A model generated the notes under the pieces. That model saw nothing but the letters and a program-made list of their open reading frames with translations. It did not search any database and was not told where the DNA came from. Shown here piece after piece: positions 61,340 to 64,000 of a DNA stretch of 64,000 bases. The stretch is from Eledone cirrhosa. Lineage: Eukaryota. Both the position numbers and the translations under genes were made by a program. Each line of letters begins with the position of its first letter. Position 1 is the stretch's first letter. The stretch is from positions 371,876,001 through 371,940,000 of the forward strand of contig OZ024743.1 in assembly GCA_964016885.1 (NCBI GenBank). Reading direction: 5' to 3'.

Positions 61340-62549
61340 TAATAATAGTTGTAGTAGCAGCTCATCTCTCTTTTTCTTAACTCATCTCATCACATTTCTG
61401 TTTGTGTGTGCACACGTGTACATACCTGTATATGTATGTATGTGTGTGTGTGTGCATGCGTGCGTGCATATTTCTGTGCCTTGTATATTTTCATTTGAGT
61501 CTACCATTGCACAGTTACGCTCAACTATTACATATAACAAGAATGATAATTATAAAATGAAAGAATATATCTTGCTTACCAAGACACTTCTCATATTGAA
61601 CAACTTCTTCGGAAAATATTATTAATAGTTAAAATAAAGTACCATTCAAGCACTTGGGGTTGATTTCATCAACTAATTCCTTTCCCCAAACTTCTAGCCT
61701 TATACCTACTGTAAATTGTGGCACACAAGTCAATTTTAAGATTCTTAGCTGAAGATTCTGTTAGGGCTTTATCTACCATATAGGTCAATCCCCAAACATG
61801 TTTTGCTGGGGTTCTTTTTATTGGTGCCCTAAGTATGTTCTAACAGATTACTTCATTATACACACTGTATACCTAAGTAAACATTACTCATTGATGATAT
61901 AGCACTATTCTAACTGTATTATCATTACCATTTAACATCTATTCTCCTTGGGTTAGACAGGTTGTCACATTATGAGTCCAGACAGGTTAGGTCACTGCAT
62001 CTTGCTCATACATTCATATATTATATAACAAAACATATTCTACAGAGTACGTAAGCAAACCTTAATCACTGCAAATGTCCACCATTTGCGTCAGTGATGA
62101 AAACAACCAGTGGTGCTAATAATTGCATGCAGCCCTCTACAAAACTTGTCTACCACATGACATTACATGGTTACTCTGTAAGTCAGTCAATCCTTAGATT
62201 TTGAGAAGTTTTGGGGGCGCTTAAAAAGTTGACTTATATGCCACTGTTTATGGTATGTTAGAAACAATTATTATTTCTATTTTTGTTTATCACCTTCTTC
62301 CTTATCTCTTATGTTTCTGTAAGTGTATTTGCATCTTCTTTTAGGACATGACAACATATTGCTGTCATGGTAGCCTAGTTTTCTTTCTCACTTCCACTCC
62401 AATGCTCTCCCTCTTTGCATGTCTAGTGTAATCTGACTAAACAAAATGAAACAAGACAAATGATTGTTTATGTATTGGTTGTTGAGTAAGTGATTGGATG
62501 TGTGAATTTGAGGAAACGTATATATACATATATATATATATATAGATAT

Positions 62550-62588
<39 letters not shown>

Positions 62589-62754
62589 TACATATATATA
62601 TACATATATATATATGAGAGGAAATAATAATATCCGTTTATGTAGGGCTAATTCACATTAGTATAGAGGCAGCTTACCAGTTAGTTGTGCTCAATGTGGT
62701 CTGTGGAGATGTGTAACATGAGTGTCTTTATAAAAACCATGTACCTTCAACTAG

Positions 62755-63026
62755 ACAGGAAAACCTAGACAAAATCTGTTGAAAATCGAAGAATCATTTA
62801 TTGCATAATATGGTCTCTTACACATTTCAATGCTGTTACATATTTGCCTGCAAGAACTGAAAGAATAGGTTACATAATTCTCTTTCTCACAATAAGAAAG
62901 TGAAATATGTAACCTATTCTTTCAGTTCTTGCAGGCAAATTATGTAACAACATTGAAATACATAAGAGACCTTATGTAATAAATCATTCTTTCATTTTCA
63001 ACGGATTTTGTCTGGTTTTTCCTTGT
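62755..63026. repeat. Long imperfect inverted repeat (~130-bp arms; fold-back/MITE-like)
   Basis: ATTTGCCTGCAAGAACTGAAAGAATAGGTTACATA pairs perfectly with 62906-62940. The outer arms pair with mismatches. Centre ~62891. Confidence 0.9.
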
Positions 63027-64000
63027 ACCATATTCACTTAGTCCAACACAACAGCCGTGTCCTTCGTTTGTATTTTTATTTTTAACAAATAATTTTTTAA
63101 GGTTTCCCCTTAAAAAGTTGGTTTTAGTTTGTTGTCTTATCTTCTTTGTTAATTTTCTTAAGTTTATCAATACTAATGTGACGAATGTGTTATCTCTTCT
63201 TCCCCCATTTATTGCAATGGCTTACAACACACACACACACATGAAAGACATCAATTTGGTTGGTTGTAGCATTGGTAATTTACTGTGACCCATTTATTAT
63301 TATTATTTGAGAAAGAGAGAGCGAGAAAAGATGAAACAAAAAATTTTAAGAAACCATATCAAAATATTTACACTATCTTTCTGTTGAGGGGAAGTAAAAA
63401 AAAATCACAATGCTATGGATATAGTTGTTCATTCTCAGTTGAGAACTCATCCTATAAAGACCATCAGAAATATGCATATAAAATAATAAAAAATATATTT
63501 ATATATAAAAAGAAAAGAACAAATTCTCTGAAATGTTGCCAGAGACTAGATGAATGTAAAATCTTCATCAAATGAACATCCTGTCATTTCATTAAATTAA
63601 TCATTATATCTTTAAAATATCAATTTAGAAGAGTATTCATTTTGTTGTTGTTTTTCTATAAAAAAAAAAAAAAAAAAAAAAAATCATTCCATTGCTTTTC
63701 CTCTCTCGAAGTATCTATTTATTTAACCACTTCAGTATGTTATTTTATGTGTGTTTGAATTCAGAGAAAATAGTTAACTATGTCAAAAATTCTTACCATT
63801 CATATTGATATATAATTTTTTTAACTGTTTTACTACTGGTGCATTGGTTTTGACTAGTGTTCCAGTTATTTGACTAATGGAACAGCCTTCTCATGAAATT
63901 AAGGTGAGGTGCAATTGGTTGAACATTCTACAGACACATGTACTTTTAATGTAATTCTCAAGGAGATTCAGCATAACACAGTGTGTGACAAGGCTGGCCC

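Noticed and set aside
63660-63683. Poly(A) run as the end of a processed retrocopy
   Set aside because: There is no recognisable upstream body or TSD. ING itself has introns and is not a retrocopy.

Overview
This is eukaryotic, AT-rich, repeat-saturated animal DNA. The SINE and RTE families look like those of coleoid cephalopods (inference). The only host gene seen is an ING1/ING2-type PHD-finger gene on the + strand, with three coding exons (52565-52765, 60167-60309, 61058-61339). Its first coding exon was not found, so most of the window may be one large intron. The rest is decayed and nested mobile elements: a CRE-like LINE, two near-full-length Tx1/L1-clade elements, several RTE and CR1 fragments, three kinds of Penelope-like elements (two with hammerhead ribozymes), a Helitron, an atypical LTR retrotransposon, a non-autonomous LTR element with a related solo LTR, tRNA-derived SINEs, fold-back elements, about 12 kb of (TA)n/(TATG)n microsatellite and a 200-N gap. 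The most unusual signals are: (i) a duplicated LTR-end/PBS unit holding a 32-nt tRNA-Trp copy with a mismatch at the m1A58 position; (ii) GTAAGT splice donors at the ORF1 stop of two diverged Tx1 families; (iii) a C-terminal-endonuclease Penelope RT with a long insertion-in-fingers-like segment; (iv) a perfect-looking 80-bp-arm palindrome next to a hammerhead. All family assignments come from motif recognition by eye; no database search was run.
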